Part shown: in pieces, positions 29,312 to 39,489 of the stretch | Position numbering within the stretch: position 1 is the stretch's first letter | How the letters are laid out: every line of letters begins with the position of its first letter | Assembly: GCA_944355255.1 (NCBI GenBank) | Contig: CALVQD010000021.1 | Coordinates: forward strand, 1 to 48,096 | Reading direction: 5' to 3' | DNA: 48,096 nucleotides | Source: an uncultured Bacilli bacterium | GTDB taxonomy: Bacteria; Bacillota_I; Bacilli_A; RF39; UBA660 | Notes under the pieces: generated by a model | Databases searched by the model: none | The model's input: the letters and a program-made list of their open reading frames with translations, nothing else | Told to the model about the DNA's origin: nothing | Translations under genes and position numbers: made by a program

Positions 29312-30490
29312 ATGAAAATATTATCAGTAAACTGTGGTAGTTCATCTTTAAAGTTTCAAGCTTATGAAATGCCTGAAGAAAAAGTATTAATTCAAGGTAC
29401 ATTTGAACGTATTGGAATTGACGGAGGATTTTATACATTAAAATTAAATGGTGAAAAGATTAAAAAAGAAGTAGATTTACCAAATCATGAAGTAGCTGTA
29501 CAAATTTTAGTACAAGAATTATTAGATCGTCATATTGTAGAATCTCTAGATGAGATTAAAGGAATTGGACATCGTACAGTACATGGTGGAGATAAATTTA
29601 ATTCAAGTGTATTAATCGATGAAGAAGTGATGGAAAAATTACAAGAATTAATTCCACTTGCACCACTTCATAACCCGGCTGGAATTACAGGAATTCGTGC
29701 TTTTGAAAAAATGATTCCAAATGCAAAGGCAGTAGCTGTATTTGATACGGCATTCCATCAAACAATGCCAAAAGAAAATTATTTATATTCAGTACCAGTG
29801 GAATGGTATGAGAAATACGGAGTACGTAAATATGGATTCCATGGAACAAGTCATAAGTATGTATCACAACGTATGAATGAAATTTTAGGTAGAACAGATA
29901 CAAAGATTATTACTTGTCATATTGGTAGTGGAGGAAGTATTAGTGCTGTATTAAATGGAAAATGTATTGATACTTCTATGGGATTTACACCAAATGCTGG
30001 TATTATGATGGGAACACGTTCTGGAGATATTGATTATTCAATGATTCCATATGTTATGGAAAAATCTGGAATGTCTTTACAAGAAGTAGATAATATTTTA
30101 AATAAACAAAGTGGACTTTGTGGAATTAGTAAAGGAAAAAGCGATGCAAGAGATATTGAAGCTGGTATGGAAGCTGGAGATGAATTATGTCTTCTTGCGC
30201 AAAAAATGTATGTAAAACGTGTTGTTGAATATATCGCAAAATACTATGTATTATTAGATGGATGTGATGCGATTGTATTTACTGCAGGACTTGGTGAAAA
30301 CTCTAGTTTAACAAGAAAACAAATTATGGATTCTCTACATGCACTTGGTGTAAAAGTAGATGAAAAAGAAAATGATATGCGTGGAGAAGAAAAGATGGTA
30401 AGTGCACCTGATTCTAGTATTCCATGTTATGTGATTCCAACTGATGAAGAAGTTATGATTGCTAGAGATACTTATGAATTAATTAAATAA
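29312..30490 (+). CDS. ackA: Acetate kinase
   Basis: VNCGSSSLK, HRTVHGG, APLHNP, FDTAFH, YGFHGTSH, PTDEE. Confidence 0.97.
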   Translation: MKILSVNCGSSSLKFQAYEMPEEKVLIQGTFERIGIDGGFYTLKLNGEKIKKEVDLPNHEVAVQILVQELLDRHIVESLDEIKGIGHRTVHGGDKFNSSVLIDEEVMEKLQELIPLAPLHNPAGITGIRAFEKMIPNAKAVAVFDTAFHQTMPKENYLYSVPVEWYEKYGVRKYGFHGTSHKYVSQRMNEILGRTDTKIITCHIGSGGSISAVLNGKCIDTSMGFTPNAGIMMGTRSGDIDYSMIPYVMEKSGMSLQEVDNILNKQSGLCGISKGKSDARDIEAGMEAGDELCLLAQKMYVKRVVEYIAKYYVLLDGCDAIVFTAGLGENSSLTRKQIMDSLHALGVKVDEKENDMRGEEKMVSAPDSSIPCYVIPTDEEVMIARDTYELIK

Positions 30491-30512
30491 AGACTTGTAA
30501 TACAAGTCTTTT
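30489..30512 (+). terminator. Intrinsic terminator after ackA
   Basis: AAAGACTTGTA/TACAAGTCTTT inverted repeat. Confidence 0.6.
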
Positions 30513-30513
30513 C

Positions 30514-30542
30514 TTGACACTAAAAATAATATCATTTAAAAT
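30514..30542 (+). promoter_or_regulatory. sigmaA promoter of nrnA
   Basis: TTGACA, 17 nt, TAAAAT. Confidence 0.6.
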
Positions 30543-30565
30543 GGGATATAGAGAAGAGTGAAATT

Positions 30566-31534
30566 ATGTTTAAGAGGTCTATTTATCAAAAAATATATAA
30601 GAAAATTAAGAAATATCAAACGATTGTAATTGCTAGACATGTAGGACCAGACCCTGATGCATTAGGTTCTTCTTTGGGCTTAAAACAAGCAATATTAAAT
30701 ACATTTCCTAATAAAAACGTATATACAGTTGGATGCCCTGCAAGTAAATTTCGTTATCTAGGAACATTAGATAATTTTTCTGAAGAAATGTATCAAAATA
30801 GTTTACTGATAGTATTAGATACTCCTGATGCGAAACGAGTAGATGGAGTAAATCCACATAAGTTTCAAGATAGTATTAAAATCGATCATCATCCATATGT
30901 CGAAACATTTTGTCAGTTAGAATGGATAGATGAGAATTATAGTAGTGCATCAGAAATGATTATGGAACTTATATTTTACTCTAAATTAAAAATGAGTTTA
31001 GATGTTGCAGAAAAGTTATATGTTGGACTTGTTGCTGATACAGATCGTTTTATGTTTAAAACTTCAACAGCACGTACTTTTCAAAATGTATCTAAACTAT
31101 TAACAGAAACTCATTTAGATATAACAAAATTATATCCATATTTATATACAAGACCATTAAAGGAGATTCAATTTCAAGGATATTTGGCAAGGCATTTAAC
31201 AGTTACTGAAAATGGTTTTGGATATGTAAAATTGCCACAAGAAATATTAGATGAAGAACATGTCGATGCTGCAACTGCTGGTAATGCAATTAATAATTTC
31301 AATTTTATTGATGAGATTGTAGCTTGGGGATTTTTCTCTTTTGATAAGACAACTGGGTTAATACGTGGAAGTCTACGTTCAAGGGGACCTGTGATTAACG
31401 AAGTTGCCCAAGAATTCGGTGGTGGTGGACATGCTATGGCGAGTGGATGTCGATTACAGAGTTTTGAAGAAGTAGATGATATGGTTCAAAAATTAGATGC
31501 TGTGTGTAAAGAATATAAAGAAACTGGTAAATAG
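30566..31534 (+). CDS. nrnA: DHH/DHHA1 nanoRNase / pAp phosphatase
   Basis: H..PDPDA.GS, IDHH, DT.RF, SLRS, GGGGH..ASG. Confidence 0.88.
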   Translation: MFKRSIYQKIYKKIKKYQTIVIARHVGPDPDALGSSLGLKQAILNTFPNKNVYTVGCPASKFRYLGTLDNFSEEMYQNSLLIVLDTPDAKRVDGVNPHKFQDSIKIDHHPYVETFCQLEWIDENYSSASEMIMELIFYSKLKMSLDVAEKLYVGLVADTDRFMFKTSTARTFQNVSKLLTETHLDITKLYPYLYTRPLKEIQFQGYLARHLTVTENGFGYVKLPQEILDEEHVDAATAGNAINNFNFIDEIVAWGFFSFDKTTGLIRGSLRSRGPVINEVAQEFGGGGHAMASGCRLQSFEEVDDMVQKLDAVCKEYKETGK

Positions 31535-31591
31535 TTTCTTTTTTAATACTTTGTTTTATAGATCTAAAATGTTATAAATAACGATTATGAC

Positions 31592-31620
31592 TTGCAAAAC
31601 AATGATAAATCCGTTATAAT
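31592..31620 (+). promoter_or_regulatory. sigmaA promoter of a solitary hypothetical gene
   Basis: TTGCAA, 17 nt, TATAAT. Confidence 0.6.
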
Positions 31621-31642
31621 AACCTGTTAAGAGGTGGCTTAT

Positions 31643-32116
31643 ATGAACGAGAAAGAAAAGAAAGCAATGATTCGTGAACCAAAAGTTGTTGTAGAGAAGG
31701 TATCTGAAAGTGCAATCCGAGAAAAAGTAACATCTCCTGTTATGGCGGAGCAGGCTCTTTCTTATATGACAAAAATCACACAACAACAATTACAAGATTT
31801 TGGGTATTATTTTGTAAAAAAATATGAAAAAAAAGATGGTTATACGAAAGTTGTGTCAAAAATCGAGTTAAAGCAATATCATCCAGAAACAATTCAATAT
31901 GGAAAAAATGGGAGAAAATATATTCCTCTTCCTGATGAATTTTTATTAACGGAAGAGGAAGCAGTGAGAGGAGAAGGGAACCCAAGATTATATCAAAGTG
32001 ATTCTTTTCAAAAAGCTGCTACTTATATTTTATATCAAATTTACTACGGAAATATTACTCCATATGGATATACTTATGATAAAGCAAAACAACGTGTAAA
32101 AAAATTAGAAATGTAA
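31643..32116 (+). CDS. Hypothetical protein
   Basis: ATG after GAGGTGG; own promoter and terminator; no recognisable motif. Confidence 0.6.
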   Translation: MNEKEKKAMIREPKVVVEKVSESAIREKVTSPVMAEQALSYMTKITQQQLQDFGYYFVKKYEKKDGYTKVVSKIELKQYHPETIQYGKNGRKYIPLPDEFLLTEEEAVRGEGNPRLYQSDSFQKAATYILYQIYYGNITPYGYTYDKAKQRVKKLEM

Positions 32117-32119
32117 AAG

Positions 32120-32154
32120 AAAACTAGGAAATTATTTTTCGTTTCCTAGTTTTT
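32120..32154. terminator. Bidirectional terminator
   Basis: AAAACTAGGAAA / TTTCCTAGTTTT between convergent genes. Confidence 0.6.
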
Positions 32155-33012
32155 ATATGCACTTACATGTAATGTGTCCAAATCTACAATGATTGTTTCT
32201 TTTTCTGTAGAATAGATTTTCGCATCATTTTTGAATTTTTTGATTCGACTTAAATATGTAGAGGTATTTCTAATATAATCTTCGGAATTGGTAGTGATTG
32301 TAATTTGTGGTAGTAGTTCTTTTAGTGTTTGATCTGTATTACAATTATCTAATCCATGATGTGCTGATTTATAAATATCAACATTTTGAATTTGTTTCGC
32401 TATCTCATAATTACAACACACTAAATCTTTCTCTTCTATTTCATAATCCGTTAGATCACTTGCTAGATATATTTTTTTATCTTGATAAGTGAGTAAGATT
32501 CCACAACTATTATAATTTTCGCTAATTTTATATTGGTGATAATAGGGGTGGGTCGCATCATCAAAAATTGTTTTTAATTTATTATCAGTATTATATAAAT
32601 GAAGTTCTATTTGATTCCAAGAAATAGTTTTGAATGTCTTAGTAATCTCTACGAGGTTACTTTTTTCTTGTATTTTTTTACAAATTTTATGATAGTAATT
32701 CATCTCATTGGCACGATAATTCTCATCTGAAATTTGTCCGGTTGCGGTTTTACCGTCCAAACCACTATATGGTTTTATATATACAGTTTGAATTGGAATA
32801 AAATTTAATAATTCTTCTAAACTTCCATAGTGATCACGATGAAAATGAGTAATGACAATGAAATCTAATGATGAGATACTCCTTTCTTTTAAGTATGTTT
32901 TAATTTCTTCTTTTTGGTTTTCATATCCAGTATCAATGAGTGCGAATGATTGGTCTTGTTCTAATAAAATGATGTCACTCCATACTGTTTTTAAAAAATG
33001 GATTCGTTTCAT
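32146..33012 (-). CDS. Metallo-beta-lactamase-fold hydrolase (ComEC-MBL/Pce-like)
   Basis: LIDTG, THFHRDH (HxHxDH), EN.NS, ASD, KSAHHG. Confidence 0.82.
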   Translation of the reverse strand: MKRIHFLKTVWSDIILLEQDQSFALIDTGYENQKEEIKTYLKERSISSLDFIVITHFHRDHYGSLEELLNFIPIQTVYIKPYSGLDGKTATGQISDENYRANEMNYYHKICKKIQEKSNLVEITKTFKTISWNQIELHLYNTDNKLKTIFDDATHPYYHQYKISENYNSCGILLTYQDKKIYLASDLTDYEIEEKDLVCCNYEIAKQIQNVDIYKSAHHGLDNCNTDQTLKELLPQITITTNSEDYIRNTSTYLSRIKKFKNDAKIYSTEKETIIVDLDTLHVSAYKN

Positions 33013-33199
33013 ATCTTTATTCTAACATGTTTTTTTGAACTAATATTGCTTACTTTAAAAAATTTACTTTTTATTGACAATAACTAAAAGAAATATTTGG
33101 TAACAGAGAGTGATTCATTCGCTTTATAATGACGAAATTGGTGCTTTTTCTTTTCATAAAAACATGTTATAATGATATATGAATGATAGGAGCGATGTT

Positions 33200-34301
33200 A
33201 TGGAAATTTATGAAATCACAAATTACTATCAGGATTTTAAAAAGAGAATATTAGATTTATGGAGGTCGCTTTGAAGCAAATCATACGATTGATAGAATAA
33301 AAGCATTAGAAGAAAAAACAATGGAACCTCATTTTTGGGATGACCGAAAGAAGAGCCAAGCTGTTTTTGATGAATTGAATACTTTGAAAAAAAATGATCA
33401 AGCAGTATCTCAACTAAAAAAAGAAATCGAAGATAATATAGAAATGATTCAATTATTAAAAGAGAATCCGGATACTGAGTTGCAAGAAATGTTAAGTACT
33501 TCTGTATTAGAGATGAAAGAACAACTTGAATCATTAGAAATTACTTTATTATTAGATGGAAAATATGATAGTTTGGGGGCAATTTTAGAAATTCATTCAG
33601 GTGCAGGTGGAACAGAAGCCTGTGATTGGGCGAATATGCTTTACCGCATGTATACAAGATGGTGTGAACAACATGGCTTTCATTTGGAAGAAGTGGACTT
33701 GGAACACGGAGATGAAGCTGGTATTAAAAGTGTAACTGCTTTGATTACGGGAATGAATGTCTTTGGATATTTAAAAAGCGAACGTGGTGTTCATCGTTTG
33801 GTCCGTATTTCTCCTTTTGATTCTAATAGTAGGCGTCATACGTCTTTTGCTTCTGTAGAAGTTACTCCGTTATTCGATGGAAATGATGTAGATATTGAAA
33901 TCAAAGATTCTGATTTAAAAATTGATGTGTATCGTTCTAGTGGTGCAGGTGGACAACATGTTAATAAAACAGAAAGTGCAGTTAGAATTACACATCTTCC
34001 AACTGGAATCGTTGTTACTTGTCAAAACGAAAGAAGTCAGATACAAAATCGTGAACGGGCAATGGAAGTATTAAAGAATAAACTATATCAATTAGAACTT
34101 GCAAAAAGGGAAGAACAAATGCAAGAGATGAAGGGTGATATGAAAAAGATTGATTTTGGTAGTCAAATCCGAAGTTATGTCATGCATCCATATAGTTTAG
34201 TAAAAGATCATCGAACGAATGTAGAAAATACAAATGTAGAAGCAGTATTAGATGGAAGTTTAGATTTATTTATTAATGCTTACTTGAAGAAAGGGGAATA
34301 A
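33200..34301 (+). CDS. prfB: Peptide chain release factor 2, translated via programmed +1 frameshift at 33269-33275
   Basis: ATG at 33200, 24 codons to CTT TGA with internal SD GGAGGT; the +1 frame continues into the ORF carrying SPF and GGQ. Confidence 0.95.
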
Positions 34302-34304
34302 ATT

Positions 34305-35186
34305 ATGTTGTTTCACAAAAAGAAATTATTTGATGAAAACATTATTAAAAATATTTATAAGAAAGACCGATTTGTACGATATGTACAATTTCTAGTTGGT
34401 TCCCTTTTGGTAGCACTGGCATTTAATCTTTTCATTTTACCAAATCAAATTACTTATGGAATGAGTGGAATTGGAGTTATTTTAAATTCCTTATTTGGAT
34501 TAGATCCATCTATGGTAATTTTGATTGGATCTGGTATCTTATTAGTTATGAGTTATTTCTTGTTGGGAAAAGAAAAGACAATGAATTCTATATTAGGTTC
34601 TATTGTGGTTCCTATTTTAATGAAGATAACAGAGTTTGTTCCAGAGTATATTGTAATAGAAACGACAGATCCTTTTGTATTAGTGTTATTTGGTGCTGTA
34701 ATTACTGGATTTGGTATGGGGCTTGTTTTTAAAGCTGGATATACTACTGGTGGAACAGATATATTAAATCAGATCGTTGCTAAATATGCACATATGTCTG
34801 TTGGAAATGCAATGTATTTTACAGATGGATTAATTGTTTGTAGTTCGTTCTTCTTCTTTGGAGCGAGTACGATGCTTTATTCAATGATTTCTCTTTATAT
34901 TATTAGTATTATGACAGATAAAGTTGTTCTTGGTATTTCTAATGCCAAAGCATTTTATATTATTACCGAGCATGAAACTGCTGTGAAGAAGTTTATTATG
35001 GAGCATTTATCTCATGGTGTAACTGTTTTAGATGGTAGAGGTGGTTTTACTGGAAATCATCAAAAAGTAATTATGTGTATTATTCCTACCAAAGAATATT
35101 TTGTAGCGAAAGAAGGAATTCGTGAAATTGATAGTAATGCTTTTTTCCTTGTAACAGATGCTTATGAAGTAAATGGAGGAGAATAG
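34305..35186 (+). CDS. YitT family membrane protein
   Basis: Multiple TMs, TTGGTDI, C-terminal GVT...GGFT..D..AF (DUF2179). Confidence 0.88.
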   Translation: MLFHKKKLFDENIIKNIYKKDRFVRYVQFLVGSLLVALAFNLFILPNQITYGMSGIGVILNSLFGLDPSMVILIGSGILLVMSYFLLGKEKTMNSILGSIVVPILMKITEFVPEYIVIETTDPFVLVLFGAVITGFGMGLVFKAGYTTGGTDILNQIVAKYAHMSVGNAMYFTDGLIVCSSFFFFGASTMLYSMISLYIISIMTDKVVLGISNAKAFYIITEHETAVKKFIMEHLSHGVTVLDGRGGFTGNHQKVIMCIIPTKEYFVAKEGIREIDSNAFFLVTDAYEVNGGE

Positions 35187-35242
35187 AAAATTTTGGAAGT
35201 AAGAAATTTCCAAAAGGATAGTATAATGAAAGATGGGTGGTT

Positions 35243-35941
35243 ATGATGGATTTAATTCGTATGAAGAATGTAAAAAAGAAGTATCGTAATGGTGTGACTG
35301 CTATCTATGACTTGAATCTAAAAATTAAAAAGGGTGAATTTGTCTTTGTAATTGGATCTACAGGTTGTGGAAAGTCAACACTAATTAAAATGCTTTATCG
35401 TGAAGAAAAACCAACAAGTGGACAAATTATTGTTGGAGGATTGGATGTAGGAAAGTTAAGAAATAGTAAGGTATATAAATTACGTCGTAAACTGGGAGTT
35501 GTATTCCAAGACTTTAAATTATTACCAAAGAAAACAGTATATGAAAATGTTGCTTTCTCTTTAGAAATATTTGGACTTCCAAAAGATGAGATTTATTCGA
35601 AAGTAGTAAAAGTACTTGATTTAGTTGGATTAAAGAATAAAGCAAAGAATTATCCAAATCAATTATCAGGTGGAGAACAACAACGTGTAGCTATTGCTAG
35701 AGCAATTGTAAATGGCCCTAAGCTATTGATCTGTGATGAGCCAACAGGTAACTTAGATGAGGCAACAAGTATGGAAATTATGAATGTATTAGATGCGATT
35801 AATAAAATGGGAACAACGATTATTATGGTAACACATGATACAGAAATCGTAAATAAAATGAAGAAAAGAGTCATTTTATTGGATGCAGGTCGTGTTTTGA
35901 AAGACTATAAGGAGGGAACATATACACATGAAGGCGTTTAG
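35243..35941 (+). CDS. ftsE: Cell division ATP-binding protein FtsE
   Basis: GSTGCGKST, VFQDFKLL, LSGGEQQRV, DEPTGNLD; upstream of ftsX and downstream of prfB. Confidence 0.93.
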   Translation: MMDLIRMKNVKKKYRNGVTAIYDLNLKIKKGEFVFVIGSTGCGKSTLIKMLYREEKPTSGQIIVGGLDVGKLRNSKVYKLRRKLGVVFQDFKLLPKKTVYENVAFSLEIFGLPKDEIYSKVVKVLDLVGLKNKAKNYPNQLSGGEQQRVAIARAIVNGPKLLICDEPTGNLDEATSMEIMNVLDAINKMGTTIIMVTHDTEIVNKMKKRVILLDAGRVLKDYKEGTYTHEGV

Positions 35942-36827
35942 AATATTAAGTAGAAATATTAGAGATTCATTTCAAAGTGTATTCCGTAATTTCTCTCTAT
36001 CCCTTGCTAGTATTTCTTGTATTACTATTACATTATTAGTCGTTTCTATTTCTATGATTTTATCTGTTAATGTAAATAATTTCGCAACTCTTGTTGAAAA
36101 AGATGTAACAATTGTTACATTCTTAGATGCAGATATCACAGAAGAAGATATTAAAATTGTAGAGCAAGAAATAAAAAGATTAGATAATATTGAAAGTATT
36201 ACATTTCAATCAAAAGGTGAAATTACTGAAGAAATGAAAGAATCTTCTGATACATTTAAAGCAATTATGGAACAGTGGACAGATGATGAAAATCCACTTC
36301 AAGATACATATTTAGTAAAAGTAGAAGATATTAATAAGATTGCAAGTACTGCAAAACAAATTAGAGCGATTGATGGCGTTGATGTTATTAAATATGGAGA
36401 AGGTATGGTTGAACAATTAGTTGCTGTATTTGATGTTGTTCGCAAAATTTGTCTAGGAATGGTAGTTGCACTTATTATCGTAACAGCATTCTTGATTTCT
36501 AACACGATTAAAATTACAATTTTCTCGCGTAAACGTGAAATTGAAATTATGCGTCTTGTTGGTGCAAGTAACTTAAATATTAAAATACCATTTATTTTCG
36601 AAGGATTATTCCTTGGAGTAATTGGTTCTATTATTCCAATTATCGCAACAGTCTATGGTTATACAGTATTATATGATAACTTTAATGGACAACTATTTTC
36701 ACCATTTATTAAATTAGTAGAACCACAACCATTTATTTTCTTATTATCTGGTATCTTAGTTGTAATTGGTATTTTAGTTGGTATGTTTGGTAGTTGGCGT
36801 GCTGTTAGAAAATATTTGAAAATTTAG
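35928..36827 (+). CDS. ftsX: Cell division permease FtsX
   Basis: Four TMs with a large extracellular loop; ISNTIKITIFSRKREIEIMRLVGA. Confidence 0.93.
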   Translation: MKAFRILSRNIRDSFQSVFRNFSLSLASISCITITLLVVSISMILSVNVNNFATLVEKDVTIVTFLDADITEEDIKIVEQEIKRLDNIESITFQSKGEITEEMKESSDTFKAIMEQWTDDENPLQDTYLVKVEDINKIASTAKQIRAIDGVDVIKYGEGMVEQLVAVFDVVRKICLGMVVALIIVTAFLISNTIKITIFSRKREIEIMRLVGASNLNIKIPFIFEGLFLGVIGSIIPIIATVYGYTVLYDNFNGQLFSPFIKLVEPQPFIFLLSGILVVIGILVGMFGSWRAVRKYLKI

Positions 36828-36847
36828 AAGCTTCGGCTTCTTTTTTT
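36826..36847 (+). terminator. Intrinsic terminator with UUCG tetraloop
   Basis: AGAAGC-TTCG-GCTTCT followed by T-run. Confidence 0.85.
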
Positions 36848-36892
36848 GTTCTAAAATTTTTTTTCTTTCATATTTTGAAATGGGGGTATGTT

Positions 36893-37681
36893 ATGGAACT
36901 TTCAGTAAATGATTTAGTGACGAGAATTTCATATAATCACGATATGGTATTTCGTATTATACGAATTACAGAAGATGGAAATTATATTTTAAAAGGGGTT
37001 AATATTCGTTTAATTGCAGATAGTCCAAGAGAAGATTTAGTATTATATGATCGGGAAGAAGATATTGAAGAAGAAAGAGAATTCTTAAATCGAGTAAAGC
37101 CAGAATTCCATTTAAATCGCAATGATTATTTTTATTTGCCTGGCAAAATATTACACATAGATGCTGATCAGGACTATTTACAGAGATGTATAGACTACTA
37201 TCATGATGCTTCTTTAAAAGTAGTAGGAGTACATATGGATGAAGAGGAAGTGCCACATCAAATTAGAACATTATTAGAGGAGACTAATCCTAGTATTGTC
37301 ATTATTACTGGTCATGATGCTTATTATAAGAGAAAAGGAAATAAAAATGAGATTGCTTCTTATAAGAATAGTAAATATTTTGTAGAGGCTGTAAAAGAAG
37401 CGAGAAAATATGAGAAAAGCCATGATAAATTAGTGATTATTGCTGGTGCATGTCAATCGGATTATGAAGATTTAATTCAAGCGGGTGCTAATTTCGCATC
37501 AAGTCCAAAACGAGTAAATATTCATGCTTTAGATCCAGCAATTATTGCAACGAGAGTTAGTTTAACAGAGTCTAGTGAAGATATTGACTTAAAGGGAATT
37601 TTAGAAAAAACAAAATATGGTTCTTCGGGGATAGGGGGAATTAAAACAAAAGGTATGATGTACTTAGGATATCCTAGATAG
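36893..37681 (+). CDS. yabG: Sporulation-specific protease YabG
   Basis: RISYNHDMVF, RLIADSP, PGKILHID, ITGHD, AGACQS, GANFASSP.RVNIHALDP. Confidence 0.93.
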   Translation: MELSVNDLVTRISYNHDMVFRIIRITEDGNYILKGVNIRLIADSPREDLVLYDREEDIEEEREFLNRVKPEFHLNRNDYFYLPGKILHIDADQDYLQRCIDYYHDASLKVVGVHMDEEEVPHQIRTLLEETNPSIVIITGHDAYYKRKGNKNEIASYKNSKYFVEAVKEARKYEKSHDKLVIIAGACQSDYEDLIQAGANFASSPKRVNIHALDPAIIATRVSLTESSEDIDLKGILEKTKYGSSGIGGIKTKGMMYLGYPR

Positions 37682-37689
37682 GAGAAAAA

Positions 37690-37908
37690 ATGATTGGAAA
37701 AGTAAAAGAAGAATTAGAAAAACATATTGGGGAAGAGGTTTTTATTCAGTATCATTTAGGTCGTAATAAATATGAGTCATATCAATGTGTAATACGAGAA
37801 CTTTATAACAATGTGTTTTTAGTAGAGATGAAAGAAAATGAAGGATTACCAGTCAAATCTTTTTCTTATACAGATATTATTACAAAAAATATTCGAATTC
37901 ATTTTTAA
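37690..37908 (+). CDS. veg: Veg family protein
   Basis: GRNK, LY.NVF.V, SFSYTDIIT; follows yabG. Confidence 0.85.
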   Translation: MIGKVKEELEKHIGEEVFIQYHLGRNKYESYQCVIRELYNNVFLVEMKENEGLPVKSFSYTDIITKNIRIHF

Positions 37909-37910
37909 AC

Positions 37911-37939
37911 TTGCAAAAAGAAAATCTTTATTATATAAT
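37911..37939 (+). promoter_or_regulatory. sigmaA-like promoter of spoVG
   Basis: TTGCAA, 17 nt, TATAAT. Confidence 0.55.
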
Positions 37940-37976
37940 GTAAGTGTATCAGAGTATACCGAAGGGAGAGATTTAC

Positions 37977-38309
37977 GTGGAAGTAACATCTGTTAGAGTA
38001 AAACTTGCTCATAACAAAAATGGAAAGGTTAATCCAAAAGCTTTTGTAACGATCGTGATTGATAATTGGTTAGCAATTCGCGATATGAGAATTATTCAAG
38101 GAAAAGAAAGATTATTTGTAGCTATGCCAAACCGTAAAAAAGGTGGGGATGCGAAAGTAGTTACAGAAGAGGTTGCTACAGCACCAGAAACTGTAGAAGA
38201 AGAAAGATTAGACATTGTATATCCAATCAATAAAGAAGGAAGAAAAATGATTGAAGATGCAGTGTTAGCTGAATATGAAAAAGTATTAGAAGAAGGTTCT
38301 GAAGAATAG
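37977..38309 (+). CDS. spoVG: Septation regulator SpoVG
   Basis: MEVTSVRV, LFVAMPNRK, DIVYPIN...R..I..AVL..Y; contains an acidic insertion. Confidence 0.88.
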   Translation: MEVTSVRVKLAHNKNGKVNPKAFVTIVIDNWLAIRDMRIIQGKERLFVAMPNRKKGGDAKVVTEEVATAPETVEEERLDIVYPINKEGRKMIEDAVLAEYEKVLEEGSEE

Positions 38310-38319
38310 GACCTTTTTT

Positions 38320-38348
38320 TCATATTTTTTTAACTTTGTTCATATAAT
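38320..38348 (+). promoter_or_regulatory. sigmaE-type mother-cell promoter of yabPQ
   Basis: TCATATT, 14 nt, CATATAAT; matches the sigmaE consensus, and yabPQ is sigmaE-controlled in B. subtilis. Confidence 0.7.
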
Positions 38349-38360
38349 TTAACAGGAGGC

Positions 38361-38666
38361 ATGAATATGGACAAGGATCATTCAAATATTATAGGAACAG
38401 TGGTAGGAAATCATAATGTAACAATTAGTGATAGAAAAACATTAGTAATTACAGGAGTAAAGAAAATAGAGAGTTTTGACAATGAAGAGTTTTTAATGGA
38501 AACAACCATGGGATATATTATGATTAAAGGGGAAGGGTTAGAAATTATTAAATTAGATACATATCAGGGAAATGTATCGATTAAAGGAAAAGTGAATAGT
38601 TTAAATTATATGGAAACAGCGAAAAAGGAAAAAGAAGATAGTATGTTTAGTAAGTTATTTAAATAA
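38361..38666 (+). CDS. yabP: Sporulation protein YabP
   Basis: H.VTISDRK.LVITGVKKIESFDNEEFLMET.MG, ends FSKLFK. Confidence 0.92.
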   Translation: MNMDKDHSNIIGTVVGNHNVTISDRKTLVITGVKKIESFDNEEFLMETTMGYIMIKGEGLEIIKLDTYQGNVSIKGKVNSLNYMETAKKEKEDSMFSKLFK

Positions 38667-38968
38667 TGACTCTAAGAATTCAAATTATTACTTTGCTATT
38701 TTCTTTTTTCTATGGAGCACTTTTTTCCTTTGTATTAACAATTCAATATCGTTTTTTATATGCTAAAGAAAAATGGTTTCAATACAGTTTTACAATTCTT
38801 TTTGTATTAGTTATGACTTTTTTATATTTTTTAATATTGAGAAAAATTAATTATGGAATTCTTCATCCTTACTCTTTTCTTAGTATGATGGTAGGATATT
38901 CGATAGAACATCTAATTCATTTACATTTATTATCTGTAAAGAATATTGTCAAGAAAAAAGAAACATGA
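38666..38968 (+). CDS. yabQ: Spore cortex biosynthesis protein YabQ (short form)
   Basis: MTL.IQ start, three TMs, INYG; lies between yabP and divIC. Confidence 0.75.
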   Translation: MTLRIQIITLLFSFFYGALFSFVLTIQYRFLYAKEKWFQYSFTILFVLVMTFLYFLILRKINYGILHPYSFLSMMVGYSIEHLIHLHLLSVKNIVKKKET

Positions 38969-38995
38969 TACACTATAAAATAGTAGGTGATAAAG

Positions 38996-39415
38996 ATGGC
39001 AAAGAAGAAAAAAGTAAGTAAAAGTGCGAAAAAAAGACTTTTAGTGTTTGGAACATTATCTTTTGCTATGATTATTTATTTCTTTATTACACTTACTACT
39101 TATACGTTAAATATTATTGATTTAAATCATGAAAAGAAGGAATTAAACAATCAATTGTTAGTTTTAAAAGAAGATGAAGAAAATTTAAATATCGAGTTAA
39201 AGAAATTACAAGATCCTGATTATATTGCTCGTTTTGCGCGTGAGAACTATTTGTATTCAAAAAATGGGGAATATATTATTAAAATTCAAGGAAATGATAA
39301 AACAACAGAGACAACGGATATTGATCATGAAAAGAGTATTCGTTATATTGTCATCGGTGTTGGCTCTTTTCTGACTATTTTAGGAATTTATGTATTACGT
39401 CATATGACAAAATAA
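38996..39415 (+). CDS. divIC: Septum formation initiator DivIC/FtsB
   Basis: TM, coiled coil, DPDYIARFARENYLYSKNGE; extra C-terminal hydrophobic segment. Confidence 0.85.
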   Translation: MAKKKKVSKSAKKRLLVFGTLSFAMIIYFFITLTTYTLNIIDLNHEKKELNNQLLVLKEDEENLNIELKKLQDPDYIARFARENYLYSKNGEYIIKIQGNDKTTETTDIDHEKSIRYIVIGVGSFLTILGIYVLRHMTK

Positions 39416-39489
39416 GTCTACATGTTTGTAGGCTTGCTTTTGTATCATCAAGTTGTTTTCGTTGTTTGTATTAGAAAGTAGGGAAAATC

